A stretch of DNA of 64,000 nucleotides. Origin: Eledone cirrhosa (taxonomy: Eukaryota). The notes under the pieces were generated by a model, which worked only from the letters and a program-made list of their open reading frames with translations, was not told the origin of the DNA and ran no database searches. How positions within the stretch are numbered: position 1 is the stretch's first letter; each line of letters opens with the position of its first letter. This document shows positions 39,495-53,600 of this stretch, piece by piece. The stretch covers positions 325,996,001-326,060,000 of the forward strand of contig OZ024741.1 of the NCBI GenBank assembly GCA_964016885.1. Direction: 5' to 3'. Position numbers and translations under genes: made by a program.

Positions 39495-42400
39495 TTACAG
39501 ATATATACTCAGAGTAGGCCCATTCACTCGGGCCATTCTTGCTTCTCTCACCCATCTTTCAACAAAATGCTGGGAAGAGAGCACTTCCCTCTCTACTCTG
39601 ATTTTCCTTTTCAAATGAAATTTGAAAAAGTCAATCAGAGCATCACCGAAGAGGTAAGTGCTCGTCTTCAGCCCTTTCAAACGTGTCCACCATACTATCT
39701 CTTTCGCCATGGCCACCAGACAGATAAAAACTGCCTGCCCTTCCCGGCTAAAGGAGGAGGGCGGGCCAATCCTCACGATGGACTCAGATGATAGCCGGAT
39801 CCGTCCTAAACGCGACAGCAGGTGTTCGACATAAACCCACAAGTCAGCAATTTTCGGACACTGGACGAGTGCGTGCAGGACGGTTTCGTCGCCCTGTGCG
39901 CATCTCGGACATGCCCGGCTGACGGCACCTCTATGCCTGTAGAGATTATCCCGAACTGGCAAGGCTCATCGGTAGCACTGCCAGGCCAGAGATTTCTGGA
40001 AGTTGTCCATAGGCCCTGGCCCGAAAGTTCTTCCGAAGAGATTGGCTAGTTGATTTTCGTCGACGCCTAGAGTTTCCCCAAGTACGTCGTCGCTCTTCCC
40101 CTCCACTAATCCTCTATAGAACGCCGAGGTGGAGTTTCCACCGATCACATTGCCCGATTGGTCGAGGGCTGTGAGCGCCTGAAGACATTCCAGTCTCCAG
40201 ACGCTCCCTCTCGGTCTTGGCTTGACCCAGGACTGCAGCTCCGTGAAGTAAACGAGCTGGGGAAATACGCGTCTAGCAAACGGCGACCACACCTGATCAC
40301 CGTCGAGGAAGAGGTGGAGATGTCGTAGCCTGAGCGCGTGCCTGCGCATCATCAGCCACGGCATGCCCAGCCCTCCACGTAGCGGGTGTTGACAACAGAT
40401 GGACCGCCTGACCATCGGAGCGCGTCCCTTCCACAAAAAGCGAAAGAGCAAGCGCTCCAGCGCAGCCAGGCGAGGCTTAGGACAAGGTACGACGGTCAGG
40501 CGGTAGCAGATGACAGACGCGATGTACGCGTTAGCCACCTCCGCTCGACCTTTCAGGGATAGCTTCCTCTCCGCCCATTTCTGGGTGAGAGAAGCCACCC
40601 TGCTCGTCACCTCGTCCCAGTTTTTGTCCGTCTGGAGGTCCGGACCGAACGAGACCCCTAGCAATTTAACCGGTCCGTCCGTCCAGCGTCCGACGACGCT
40701 GTTGGACGGCATGGACCTGCCTCTCCAGGTGCCGAGCTGCAGGCCCACTGACTTTTCCTGGTTGATCATTGCTCCTGTCACCGCTTCGTATTCTCTTAGT
40801 GTAGTGCCGATCGCCTCGATGTGTTTGGCGTTCGACACCACTATGGTGACATCGTCCGAATATGCTGACACGGATCTTCCGCATCCTAGTTCGCGCGGGA
40901 CGCCCCTCAACGTCTCCAGTTCGTGCAGTAATGGCTCGAGAGTCAATACTTACAATAGGGACGAGAGGGGACATCCTTGGCGGACCGAGCGCATGATGTT
41001 GAACGGTTCCGACAGGTGACCGTTCACTCTCACCACAGAGCAGATGTCGCTGTGCATGGCAGCGATCCAGCCTCTGAAGACGGGCCCAAAGCCAGCCGCC
41101 CTCAGGACTGCCGCTAGGTAACGATGGTCGACCCTATCGAAAGCTTTCGACTGATCTAAATTGATCAAGGACCCACCAGTGCCAGGTTCCTTAGCTACCC
41201 ACTCTACGATGTATCGCATGAGGTGGAGGTTGTCGTGGATGGATCTGTCGGGAATGGCGCATGTCTGCGCCTCTCCTACCAGACCACCAACGACAAGCGC
41301 CAACCTCTTTGCTAGCACCTTGGCCAAAATCTTGAAATCTGTGTTTAGCAGAGTTATGGGCCGGAAATTATCTATGTTATCCCCCTTGTTCGGATCCTTT
41401 CTCAGCAGTGCCACCGCTCCTCGGCTCACAGAACTGGGAATTCTCCCGTTCTGTTGCCAGTTGCAGTAGACGTCCGCCAAGAGGCCTCCGAACAAGTCTG
41501 GCATCTGTACGTAAAGTTCATAGGGCAGACCATCCAAACCAGGCGATTTACCCCTTGTGCAGCCAGTCATTGCCTCCCTTACTTCAGCGGCTGTTATCGG
41601 CTTTTCGTAACACCTCGCCTCAGTGGGCGAGAGCCGCGGCTGTCAGTCGAGGTAGACACTAAAGTCCATCCCTCGACCCGGCTCACCGCTGCCCCCGAAC
41701 AGCTGAGCGAAGTGTCGCTGAAAAGCTTCACACATTTGCCCGGGATCGAGTAGCATGCGCCCGTCGTGGTCCACCAAAGACCGGATCGTGGCTTTGTTGC
41801 CACGATGCGCCTCCGCCACTCGGGCCCATTGAACGGCTTTCGTCCCCTCGTGTCTGAGAGCACGCACCCTTGCTCTGACAACGCAGCCTTCGTGCTTTGC
41901 ATTGAAGAATTGGTCAAGGGCCAATTTCGCCGCAAACACGTCGGTCGCAATGCCTTTGCTAAGCGCCTCGTCTAATTTTCTAACTAGTTCTCCCTCTGCT
42001 CTATTTTTCTCTATTGCTAAAGCCTTACTAAACCTAACGGATTCTATTCTAATCGCTCTTTTCAGAGCAAACCACCACTTGTTGTTGACGATGGACTCGT
42101 CAACGCCCGCTTAACTAGTTCGCTAATCCGGTCTCTGTAGGCCTTGCGCGCTGGTAAGGACGCGTTTAGCTTCCAGTAGCCGGGTCCTCGTCTATGAAGC
42201 CTATCTAAGTCAAGCACACAGATCACGAATTTGTGGTCCGTGTAGCTGACTATCTTGAATTGTGGACAGCCTATGCTAGACCTATCTATTTCCCTACAAA
42301 ATACTCTATCTAGATATGATCTGGATGACCCTATGCGATTTGTCCAAGTCCACATTGGCGCATTCGGGAAATCCAATCGGTACCTGTCAGACAGTTCAAA

Positions 42401-42910
42401 ACGCCTGAGCAGGTTGGTGAGGCTCTTGCACCCTCCACCCATATCCGCTAATCCCACACAGTCCCAGCGTGCATCTAAGATCCCGTTCCAGTCGCCCACT
42501 AACACTAAGCGGGACGTTCCAAGAAAGGTCTCCAGACGCCGAAAGAAATCAGGCCGCCCTGCTCCTGTCGGGGCATAGACGGCCACTAGCCTGAAAGCTT
42601 GCCCGTCTCCGCTGGTCACGTCCAGCACCACCAGCTTACCCTCTGGGTCCAGGAAGATGGCCCGTATGGCGAGATCCAAACCTCTCCGAAAAAGCACAGC
42701 AACTCCTCCCCCCGATCCAGGACGGCTGGGAGATGCGTACACATCGTAGCTGCCGAAGATCGGTGCAAAGGCCCGTGCTTCGGAGATTCTGGTCTCGCTG
42801 ATGGCCACTACATCTATGTTTAGTGACCTGAGGTCGTTGAGCAGGTGACCCTGCTTCCATGACGACCTCAAGCCACGCGCATTTATGCTGCCTATTCTGA
42901 GTGAGGTCAT
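39495..42910 (-). pseudogene. Tx1 ORF2 (APE endonuclease, RT, C-terminal zinc motif), disrupted
   Basis: MTSLRIGSINARGL, VGDWN, SYLDR, YTDH, GYWKLN, KSPGLDGLPYE, FRPITLLN, DQSKAFDRV, RQGCPLS, AYSDD, CPRC..ETVLHALVQC; several frameshifts and stops. Confidence 0.92.
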
Positions 42911-42945
42911 GTTTAAAATAGAGTGGAAAAGATGGGAAAGACCAC

Positions 42946-45048
42946 TTACCGTACTTTTGGTAGAGGAGGGATGGTTTTTACATCTCTTTTCACTTGATCG
43001 TCTGTTGAATCGTCCCTTCGGCTGGTCGTCGGCTCTTCTAAGAGAATGTCTGAATATACTCTTCGCTTGATAGTTCCTCCGAGGTCCCTGAAATCACCAA
43101 CTCCGTTGGGGAATTTCGTTTTAATGTTTGTGTATTGTTTCTGTGCTATTTTTAGCAGTCTTCTGTTAGTTGGCGTTTTGATTGGTGCTGGTATTATGTA
43201 GTCGTGTTGTGAAATGTATGTGTGTTCAATTATGTAAGTCATTAGTTTCTTGTTGTGTGTATTTATTGCCGTGCATTTGTTTTTCTCGGGGTGGGGTGTG
43301 GTTCTGCTATTTTCTTGTCGTTGTTGCTGGGTGTGTGTGTTTTGTTGTTGTGTTTGCGATGTTGGTGCTTGTGGTGGTGGTGTTGAAGGTGTTGTTGGCG
43401 GTTGGGTTGTCGCCGGTGGTGATGGTGGTGCTAGTGTGGGTGGTGATGGTGTTGGTGGTGTTGCTGCTGTGGGTCTCTTTGCAGTAGACTTTACCCTTTT
43501 CTCATTTCTTTCCTCCCTTTTCAAAGGCGACGATGCGCTGCTTCTGCGTTTGTACCTTCTTACGACCTTTTGCCATCTCTCTCCCACCTCACACTCCATG
43601 TCTGATTCTGTGAGGTCGGGGAAGGGTACCAGCTCCACTCTTTCACTTGTTGTTGTTGGTGATGTTTGCACTGGAGTCTCTGTTGCAGATGCATTTGGTA
43701 TTGCTGTTGTTGTTGTTAATATTTCCACTGCTGCTGCTGTTTTTGATTTCCGTGGCGTGGGTATGGGTGCGACGGACCTATCGTTCCTGGTTGCCGCTTG
43801 TCCTGTTGCTGGTAGCCGTGGAGCCGGTTTCGGAAGGAGGGGGGTTTCTCCTTTCTCAGGGTCTTCTCGTTGCAGAAGGCCCTGAGGTGAGTCTTCGATC
43901 CACAGCGAAAGCATTTCGGGCGTTTTCCCTCAACACTTATGGGCAGTTGAGTGCCGTTATCGAAGTCTATCAAATCCGGGATAGCTTCGATGCACTCCTG
44001 GTTGGTTTGGATTAGCATCTCAATGGAGGTGCCGACCCAATTTTCTCTTACTTTTTTCTGTACTTGCAGTACAGTTGTTTTGTCCTCGATTCCGACGAGG
44101 ACAGACGCGGCCAGCCAAGAAGGGGCCATCCCGGGGGGGGGGGGGGGCGTGGGTCGGTTTGACCCTCACAAATTTTTGCCCGCAGTAGGAGGGCACCAAC
44201 ACCATTTCCTCGCTCCTTAGGGTCACTACAGATTGGGCCTTTGCCTCCTGGGGTGTCGCAAAAAGTTCGTCTACGGTGGCATATTTTTTTCCTCGGGTGA
44301 TGTGCGTTTTCCGCTGCCACACAGACCCCAAGGCTTTTTGTATTTGAGCCTCTGTGGCTCTTTCCACCCTACGGGATTTTGTACTTACTGTACGGTACGT
44401 GACCGTACAGTGATGTTGGGTTTCGAAAGATTTTTCCGCTGCCTTGCAGATTGCTCGGTGTCCAGTTTTTGTCACCATCTTCTTCGCTTCCTCTAATTCC
44501 TCATTTGTTATGAGGATTGTTTCCAGGTTCTTCGCGATACCTGCAAATGAGATTGGTTTTTCTTTGCTGCTGTTGTTGTTGTTGTTTTCGTCAGAGCTGC
44601 TGTTACTTTTGTTGTTGCTGCAGGTACTACGACTACTGCCGCCGCCGCTGTTGCTGTGGTTGTTGTTGTTGTTGTTGCTGCTGCTAATGCTGTTGTTGTT
44701 TATGCTGCTGGTGATGCTGTTGCGGCTGCTACTGTTGTTTTCATTGTCACTGTTGCTGTTGTTATTACGGCTGCTACTGCTATTATTCCTGACGTCAGAC
44801 GAATGAACTGGGTTTTCGTATTTCCCGCACACCCGTTTCGTCGCTGTCGTCGTCGTCGTGGAGAAACCTTGCACGCTTTGCACGAGACTTTTCTTTTCTT
44901 TCGTCGCTTGCGAAAGAGAAGGGAGGGAGAGAGACACATTTAAAGAAGGGAGGGAGAGAGACAATCTTCTCTCTGCTGTAGTGATGATTGAGGAAGAAGA
45001 AGACGGAATGAGTGGGAGTGACCTATGCAAATTCTTTTTCGTAGCCAT
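42946..45048 (-). pseudogene. Tx1 ORF1 (N/S-rich N-terminus, CCHC knuckle, P/T-rich tail), frameshifted
   Basis: ORFs 44020-45048, 43716-44129 and 42946-43914; CFRCGSKTHLRAFC. Confidence 0.85.
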
Positions 45049-45278
45049 GTTGGTTTTTTAAAAAAAATAAATATTGGGTACAAAACCCCAATAAGCAGTT
45101 ATTTAACCCCGAAGGGCCAAATAACCGGCAGAAAGACGCCTCTCACGAGGAGGAGGGTGTTTTTGTCTACAAGTTGGTCTAAGTTTTAAACAATTAACAA
45201 TTGTTATAGCGTTCAAAATTTACAGTACCTTACAGAGCCGAGCCTCCGTCAACCATAGCATTCAATAATAATAATAAC

Positions 45279-45331
<53 letters not shown>

Positions 45332-45332
<1 letters not shown>

Positions 45333-45519
45333 TGTTTCTACTTTTTGGCACAAGGCCAGCAATTACCCAGTGTATTACTGGTACTTTATTTTATCGACCC
45401 CGTAAGGATGAAAGGCAAAGTAAACCTCGGCAGGATTTTGAACTCAGATCGTTAAGGGACGTAACTATGCTGGAAAGCATGGCGTCCGACCCTCTACCGA
45501 TACTGCCAATCAACCGCCT
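45332..45519 (-). mobile_element. Full-length SINE whose (ATT)n tail hosts Tx1 copy 1
   Basis: Family match; (AAT)n on both sides. Confidence 0.9.
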
Positions 45520-46504
45520 ATAATAATAATAATAATAAGGGAAGAAGACACACATGGTGGATAGAAGGTCGAGAAATCGCTCCCGTAAGTTTTGATTTCT
45601 TAACATATTTAAATCAATTGTGAAATAACAATTCTTAGTACAAATGTTGCATAAAACATCCGGCTTGAGTCCCAAAAAATTCGGATCCATAATATCTTGT
45701 TATATCGCTCAAATATTCAATTTTGTATTATATATTTTGTATTCAAAAAAAGAAAATGGTTATAAATGGAAGAAAACACCCTCTGTCTACACTATATAGA
45801 ACAGCCAAATAACAGCAACTTCACCAACACCAGAAACTTGATACACCACCTATCCCATCACACTAAATATAACAGCCAGATAACGGCAATTTCACCACCA
45901 CCACCATCAATCCCAGCATCATAATAATAATTACTATTATTATTGTCTCAAATTTTAACAAAATGTTTAATTCCAATTTTATGGGAATATGTCAACACAA
46001 TATATATTAAACATACGAACACAAACTCATAGACACTACGTATGACAAAACTCAGTAACCACAATGCCACCGCCGCCACCACCCCATCCATCATTGCTAC
46101 CACTATCCCATCGCCGCCGCCACCACACCTTCATTGCTACCACCACTATTCCCCTGTTAACTTGAGAGAGAAAGGGGAAGGTGGCGGTATCACTAGACAA
46201 GGGAGAGGCTAGCAAAAGATATAAATATATTGACTTAGTAACCTGGCCACCGGCCAAATGTCAACATCAACAACTATGGGACTGCTGGCTCACCCCTTCC
46301 TCACCAACAATATAAAAAGCCCCGGCACCACCACCGACATAGCCAACAACAATAACAGGCAACTACAGCAAAAAGTATATTATATATTTGTAATGCACTG
46401 GGTGATTGCTGGCCTTGTGCCTGGAGTGGAGACAATTATTAATAATTTCATTCTTAAGCCACGCAATGCTCACATCAAGGAACCACTCATGATAATAACA
46501 ATTT

Positions 46505-49500
46505 AAAAAAACAACAAAAAGAAAACCCCGTGACCAAGAAATACCGGGATGGCGGCCGGCGGGGAATAGCCGTGTCTCTAGGGGAGAACGACCCCTCTAG
46601 TCTTGGTTGACACTCGTTCTAGAAGTGGTAACACGAAATGATTACCCCTTGGCGGATAAGGATAAAACGCGACAAAATAAAGTAAATGTCTAATGATAAA
46701 ATCTCATACCGGATCGGCCGTCACCCGGGTAAAAAAGGGCCGCGTCCCTCAGAGAGGAACCAGACTGGGGTCGAAAAATCAGCTAATGGTTCAAACCTTC
46801 CCATCACTTCGGAGCTGGAGACCTCCCATAACCGGAATACTCCTACTGTTGGCCCTCCATGCTCACCACCAAGAAATCCAAAGAAAAAGAGAGAAAAATG
46901 GTCAAGGGAAGATAATAAAGAAGTCCTTGAAGCTTTCTACACTGCCATGTACTACCCATCAAATACATCGAATACAGAACAGACATATATCAACTGGAAA
47001 AAGAAACATCCCGAAAACAGAGGCTATATTGACAGTAACAAACTAGCCAATATACGAAGAAATATTGTAAGAAAAAAGTTACTAACTGATATAGAAATTG
47101 ATCAGATCAAGCTATTAGCACAAAGTCAGCGAAGGGAAAATGAAACATGTGTCAGTGAAAACGAGGTTAACTGTAACACTTCGAATCCCAGGGTTGGGGC
47201 GGAATCACTGGCAACAGAACAAATTAAAGAAAGGATCGAAAAAGTGGAGGGAGTGCATGCTCAGGATGAAACTCCAAATGAAAATAATGAGATCGTAAAT
47301 GATAAAGAAATGAATGAGAATGAACTTGCCAACTTGAAGGATGAAATTATGATCGAATGGATGAAAATGAAAGAATCAGACATGGGGCAACGAGACACCC
47401 TCCCTAAGATCCAGAACTCCAAACAGAACCAAAAGATAATACACAAGACTAACATAATTCTCAAAAACAGTATCATCACAAACAAACTAAACATTACTGA
47501 TTTAAATCATCTCTATTATGCATCGGCTAAAGTCACCACTCACTTATGTGGAGTGAAGATGAAAAAACAAAGGAATACCCACAAGAAATCTACTTGGCAA
47601 GAGAACATCAATCGCCAAATAAACCTTCTCCGACCTGACATAGAAATTTTAAAAAACTATAATGTAGGTGAACATGTTAAACAAACTAAACTTAGAAAAT
47701 TGAAAAGAAAGTACAGTATAAAATCAACAAGTGACATAGACATGCTGATAGAAATAATCAAGCAAAAAGTGTCGGCCAAAGCTGCTCGTATAAGGCGCTT
47801 TGAAAAACGATCTAGATTCTATAAGGACAATAATATGTTCAAAAACAACCAAAGAAATTTCTACAGAAAAATTGGTAAGTCAATAATAACTGCTAAATCA
47901 ATACCACCCAAGGAGGAAATGCAAGAATTCTGGGAAAAGATCTGGGCCGAAGAAAAAGTTCATAACATACATGCCCCATGGATAGACAGACAAATGAAAG
48001 ATACAGCTCAACTTGAGGAACAAATATGGGAAAATATAACAGTTGAACAGTTGCGCTTGGCTCTAAGAAAAACCATCAAATGGAAATCCCCAGGAAAAGA
48101 CAAAATACAAAACTTTTGGATAAATGCCTTCACAGAGTCACATGAGCTGTTAGCCCAACTTTACAATGAAATAGTTAAGGAGCCAGAAAAGATACCATCA
48201 TGGCTAGTTAACGGCATTACATTCCTGCTTCCGAAGAAGGATGAGACAAACAATCTCAAAAATTACAGACCGATAACTTGCTTGACCACAATGTATAAAA
48301 TTTTAACATCAGTCCTAACTGAATACACATATGACCACCTGATAACAAATGACCTATTTCCCATTGAGCAGAAAGGGTGTAAACGGGGCTCTTATGGCTG
48401 TAAGGATCAGCTTCTGGTTAACAAAATGATACTGGAAGATTGTCATAATAGACACAAAAATCTATCGATTGCTTGGATAGATTATAAAAAAGCATTCGAT
48501 AGTTTGCCACACAGTTGGATTGAAAAATGTTTAGAGATTTTCAAAATATCCCCCGTTGTCAGGAGGTTTTTGTCATTCAGTATGAAGACATGGAAAACGA
48601 CACTCCTTTTGAATAGTGAAACAAAATCACTGGAAGCTGGAGAAATTAATATTAATTGTGGAATTTTTCAGGGTGACTATTTAACACCGCTTTTATTCTG
48701 CATCGCACTCATACCATTAAGTAAAATGCTCAATGAAACAAAACATGGATATAAAGTCTATGACAAAACCATTAATCACCTGTTCTACATGGATGACCTG
48801 AAACTATTTGCAAAAAATGATGAACAATTGCAAGGGCTATTATCCACTGTGGAGCAGTTCAGTGATGACATTAAAATAGAGTTTGGACGAGATAAATGCG
48901 CCAAAGCAACGTTCACCAGAGGAAAGCTGCTGAAGAGTTCAGACATTAATCTTGATCGGGGGAACGTGATAAGAGAACTTGATCAAGAAAAAAACTTACA
49001 AATATCTAGGTGTTTGTGAAGGAGACGAAATCAAGCACTCGACAATGAGGGAAAGGATAAGAAAGGAATGTTACCGCAGAGTAAGAGCAATCTTAAGAAC
49101 GGAATTGAATGCAAGGAATAGGATCGATGCCATAAACACGCTTGCCATACCAGTAGTAACCTACAGTTACAATGTCATCAACTGGTCAAGCACAGAGATC
49201 CGTAGGCTCGATACAAAAATTCGAAAATTCTTAACCATGCACAGAATGCATCACCCTAAGGCAGGGATGATCAAACTCGTTTTGAAACACGAAAGCATCA
49301 AAAGATCACATTCCATTACAAAAGATGCACAAAGATACAGTAATGGACTACAAATTTCAGAAGTCCCATTTACTGCTGAAATGGAAAACACAGAAAAAGC
49401 AAAGCAGGTAAAAGTAACTGCAAAGAAAGAACTGCTACAGAAACTGGCTAAGAAATGGCAAGAAAAGCCTCTGTATGGAAAATACCCAGAGCGAGCTAAC

Positions 49501-50364
49501 AATCCTGATGTTGACAAAACTTTAACCCATCAGTGGTTGGCATCCTCTGGACTGAAATCGGAGACTGAAGGACTGATTATATCAGCACAAGATCAGTGTC
49601 TGCCAACAAAAAATTACCAAGCCAGCATAATAAAAAATGGGTGCAGCCCATTATGCCGTGTATGCAAAAAACAACCAGAGACCATTGACCATATAATTTC
49701 AATGTGCAGTCCTATAGCTCCAACCGAATACCTAAACAGGCATGACAGAGCTGCACAATACATACATTGGATAATGTGTAAGCATTTTGACCTGCCCCAT
49801 CAAAAGAAGTGGTGGGAGCATCAACCACCTCCCATACTTGAAAAAGATCACATCTCAATCTTGTGGAACTTTAGCATCCAAACAGACCGAAAAATAGATG
49901 CAAATAGACCTGATATAATATTGAAGGACTTTCAAAAGAGGGTATGCCTGCTAATTGATATGTCTGTTCCAAAAGACAAGAATATATCTATAAAAACATT
50001 TGAAAAATTGAGCAAGTATAAGGACCTGGAGATAGAAATTGGAAAAATGTGGAAATTGAGAACTAAAACAATACCAGTGGTTGTAGGCGCTCTGGGAATG
50101 ATACCTAAGGGGTCTAATGATTACTTATCGCAAATTCCAGGAAACCAGCGTATAGGAGAAACACAAAAGATAGTACTAATGGGAACTGCACATATACTAA
50201 GGAAGATTCTGTCAATATAAGTACATCACAAGTCTAAACACTAAAGATGCATGTGTCAATATGAATGTTCTTTCTTGAACATGGCGGACCTTGTTGTCTC
50301 TTGAGGTCACTGGTTGTGACTTGGTGATAACTCGTATGAACATAAAGCAAGATAAATGCAACTG
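46505..50364 (+). mobile_element. Apparently full-length R4/Dong-clade element, family B
   Basis: GC-rich 5' UTR, single long ORF with RT, CCHC and RLE, 3' UTR and (TAA)n tail at 50365-50386. Confidence 0.9.
46686..50220 (+). pseudogene. R4/Dong polyprotein, one frameshift (A-run ~48988-48994) and an in-frame deletion
   Basis: WKSPGKDKIQNFW, NYRPITCL, WIDYKKAFDSLPH, GIFQGD, FYMDDLKLF, YKYLG, CRVC..ETIDHIISMC, RPDIILKD..LIDMSVP..EKLSKY. Confidence 0.9.
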
Positions 50365-50636
50365 TAATAATAATAATAATAATAATGATTTCTTTATTAA
50401 GCACAAGGTTTTACATAAAGTAGACATTAAGGACAGTGCAGGACAATACAGGACGGTACAAATGGGCATTTCTGCGTGTAAAAAACAAAAACAGAGGATG
50501 TAACAAAAAAATAACAATAAAAAATTCCCCAATAGGGGGAGACTTCGGAGGGACATTTGTGGAGAAAGCCCAGTAAAAGGCCACAGTGACCCTGACCACC
50601 AAGGCAAGTGCCCTCTCCCAGTTTTCCACCTTTAAT

Positions 50637-53600
50637 TTACAGATATATACTCAGATTAGGCCCATTCACTCGGGCCATTCTTGCTTCTCTCACCCATCTT
50701 TCAACAAAATGCTGGGAAGAGAGCACGTCCCTCTCTACTCTGATTTTCCTTTTCAAATTTCATTTGAAAAAATCAATCAGAGCATCACCGAAGAGGTAAG
50801 TGCTCGTCTTCAGCCCTTTCAAACGTGTCCACCATACTATCTCTTTCGCCATGGCCACCAGACAGATAAAAACTGCCTGCCCTTCCCGGCAAAAGGAGGA
50901 GGGCGGGGCAATCCTCACGATGGACTCCGATGGTAGCCGGATCCGTCCTACACGCGACAGCAGGTGTTCGACATAAACCCACAAGTCAACAATTTTCGGA
51001 CACTGGACGAGTGCGTGCAGGACGGTTTCGTCGCCCTGCGCGCATCTCGGACATGCCCGGCTGATGGCACCTCCATGCCTGTATAGTTTATCCCGAACAG
51101 GCAAGCCTCCTCGGTAGCACTGCCAGGCCAGAGATTTCTGGAAGTTGTCCATAGGCCCTGGCCCCAAAGTTCTTCCGAAGAGATTGGCTAGTTGATTTTC
51201 GTCGACGCCTAGAGTTTCCCCAAGTACGTCGTCGCTCTTCCCCTCCACTAATCCTCTATAGAACGCCGAGGTGGAGTTTCCACCGATCACATTGCCCGAT
51301 TTATCGAGGGCTGTGAGCGCCTGAAGACATTCCAGTCTCCAGGCGCTACCTCTCGGTCTTCGCTTGACCCAGGACTGCAGCTCCGTGAAGGAAACGAGCT
51401 GGGGAAATACGTGTCTAGCAAACGGCGACCACACCTGATCACCGTCGAGGAAGAGGTGGAGATGTCGTAGCCTGAGCGCGTGCCTGCGAATCATCAGCCA
51501 CGGCATGCCCAGCCCTCCACGTAGCGGGTGTTGACAACAGATGGACCGCCTGACCATCGGAGCGCGTCCCTTCCACAAAAAGCGAAAGAGCAGACGCTCC
51601 AGCGCAGTCAGGCGAGGCTTAGGACAAGGTACGACGGTCAGGCGGTAGCAGATGACAGACGCGATGTACGCGTTAGCCACCTCCGCTCGACCTTTCAGGG
51701 ATAGCTTCCTCTCCGCCCATTTCTGGGTGAGAGAAGCCACCCTGCTCGTCACCGCGTCCCAGTTTTTGTCCGTCTGGAGGTCCGGACCGAACCAGACCCC
51801 TAGCAATTTAACCGGTCCGTCTGTCCAGCGTCCGACGACGCTGTTGGACGGCATGGTCCTGCCTCTCCAGGTGCCGAGCTGCAGGCCCACAGACTTTTCC
51901 TGGTTGATCATTGCTCCTGTCACCGCTTCGTATTCTCTTAGTGTAGTGCCGATCACCTCGATGTGTTTGGCGTTCGACACCACTACGGTGACATCGTCCG
52001 CATAAGCTGACACGGATCTTCCGCATCCTAGTTCGCGCGGGACGCCCCTCAACGTCTCCAGTTTGTGCAGTAATGGCTCGAGAGTCAATACTTACAAGAG
52101 GGACGAGAGGGGACATCCTTGGCGGACCGAGCGCATGATGTTGAACGGTTCCGACAGGTGACCGTTCACTCTCACCACAGAGCAGATGTCGCTGTGCATG
52201 GCAGCGATCCAGCCTCTGAAGACGGGCCCAAAGCCAGCCGCCCTCAGGACTGCCGCTAGGTAACGATGGTCGACCCTATCGAAAGCTTTCGACTGATCTA
52301 AATTGATCAAGGACCCACTCGTGCCAGGTTCCCTAGCTACCCTCTCTACGATGTATCGCATGAGGTGGAGGTTGTCGTGGATGGATCTGTCGGGAATGGT
52401 GCATGTCTGCGACTCTCCCACCAGACCACCAACGACAAACGCCAACCTCTTTGCTAGCACCTTGGCCAAAATGTTGAACTCTGCGTTTAGCAGAGTTATG
52501 GGCCGGAAATTATCTATGTTATCCCCCTTGTTCGGATCCTTTCTCAGCAGTGCCACCGCTCCTCGGCTCACAGAACTGGGAATTCTCCCGTTCTGTTGCC
52601 AGTTGCAGTAGACGTCCGCCAAGAGGCCTCCGAACAAGTCTGGCATCTGTACGTAAAGTTCATAGGCAGACCATCCAAACCAGGCGATTTACCCCTTGTG
52701 CAGCCAGTCATTACCTCCCTTACTTCAGCGGCTGTTATCGGCTTTACGCAACACCTAGCCTCAGTGGCCGAGAGCCGCGGCAGTCCGTCGAGGTAGACAC
52801 TAAAGTCCATCCCTCGACCCGGCCCACCGCTGCCCCCGAACAGCTGAGCGAAGTGTCGCTGAAAAGCTTCACACATTTGCCCGGGATCGAGTAGCATGCG
52901 CCCGTCGTGGTCCACCAAAGACCGGATCGTGGATTTGTTGCCATGATGCGCCTCCGCCACTCGGGCCCATTGAACGGCTTTCGTCCCCTCGTGTCTGAGA
53001 GCACGCACCCTTGCTTTGACAACGCAGCCTTCGTGCTTTGCATTGAAGAATTGGTCAAGGGCCAATTTTGCCGCAAGCACGTCGGTCGCAATGCCTTTGC
53101 TAAGCGCCTCGTCTAATTTTCTAACTAGTTCTCCCTCTGCTCTATTTTTCTCTATTGCTAAAGCCTTACTAAACCTAATGGATTCTATTCTAATCGCTCT
53201 TTTCAGAGCAAACCACCACTTGTTGTTGACGATGGCCCCTGTCAACTCCCGCGTAACTAGTTCGCTAATCCGGTCTCTGTAGGCCTTGCGCGCTGGTAAG
53301 GACGCGTTTAGCTTCCAGTAGCCGGGTCCTCGTCTATGAAGCCTATCTAAGTCAAGCACACAGATCACGAATTTGTGGTCCGTGTAGCTGACTATCTTGA
53401 ATTGTGGACAGCCTATGCTAGACCTATCTATTTCCCTACAAAATACTCTATCTAGATATGAGCTGGATGACCTTATGCGATTTGTCCAAGTCCACATTGG
53501 CACATTCGGGAAATCCAATCGGTACCTGTCAGACAGTTCAAAACGCCTGAGCAGGTTGGTGAGGCTCTTGCACCCCCCCACCCCTATCCGCTAATCCCAC

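Larger units (their letters stand above)
39240..45263 (-). mobile_element. Full-length Tx1-clade (L1 superfamily) LINE, family A copy 1, in (ATT)n
   Basis: ORF1 with CCHC knuckle plus ORF2 APE-RT-Zn; 5' end GAATGCTATGGTTGACGG and 3' end AATAAAGAAAAC(ATT)n match copy 2. Confidence 0.92.
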
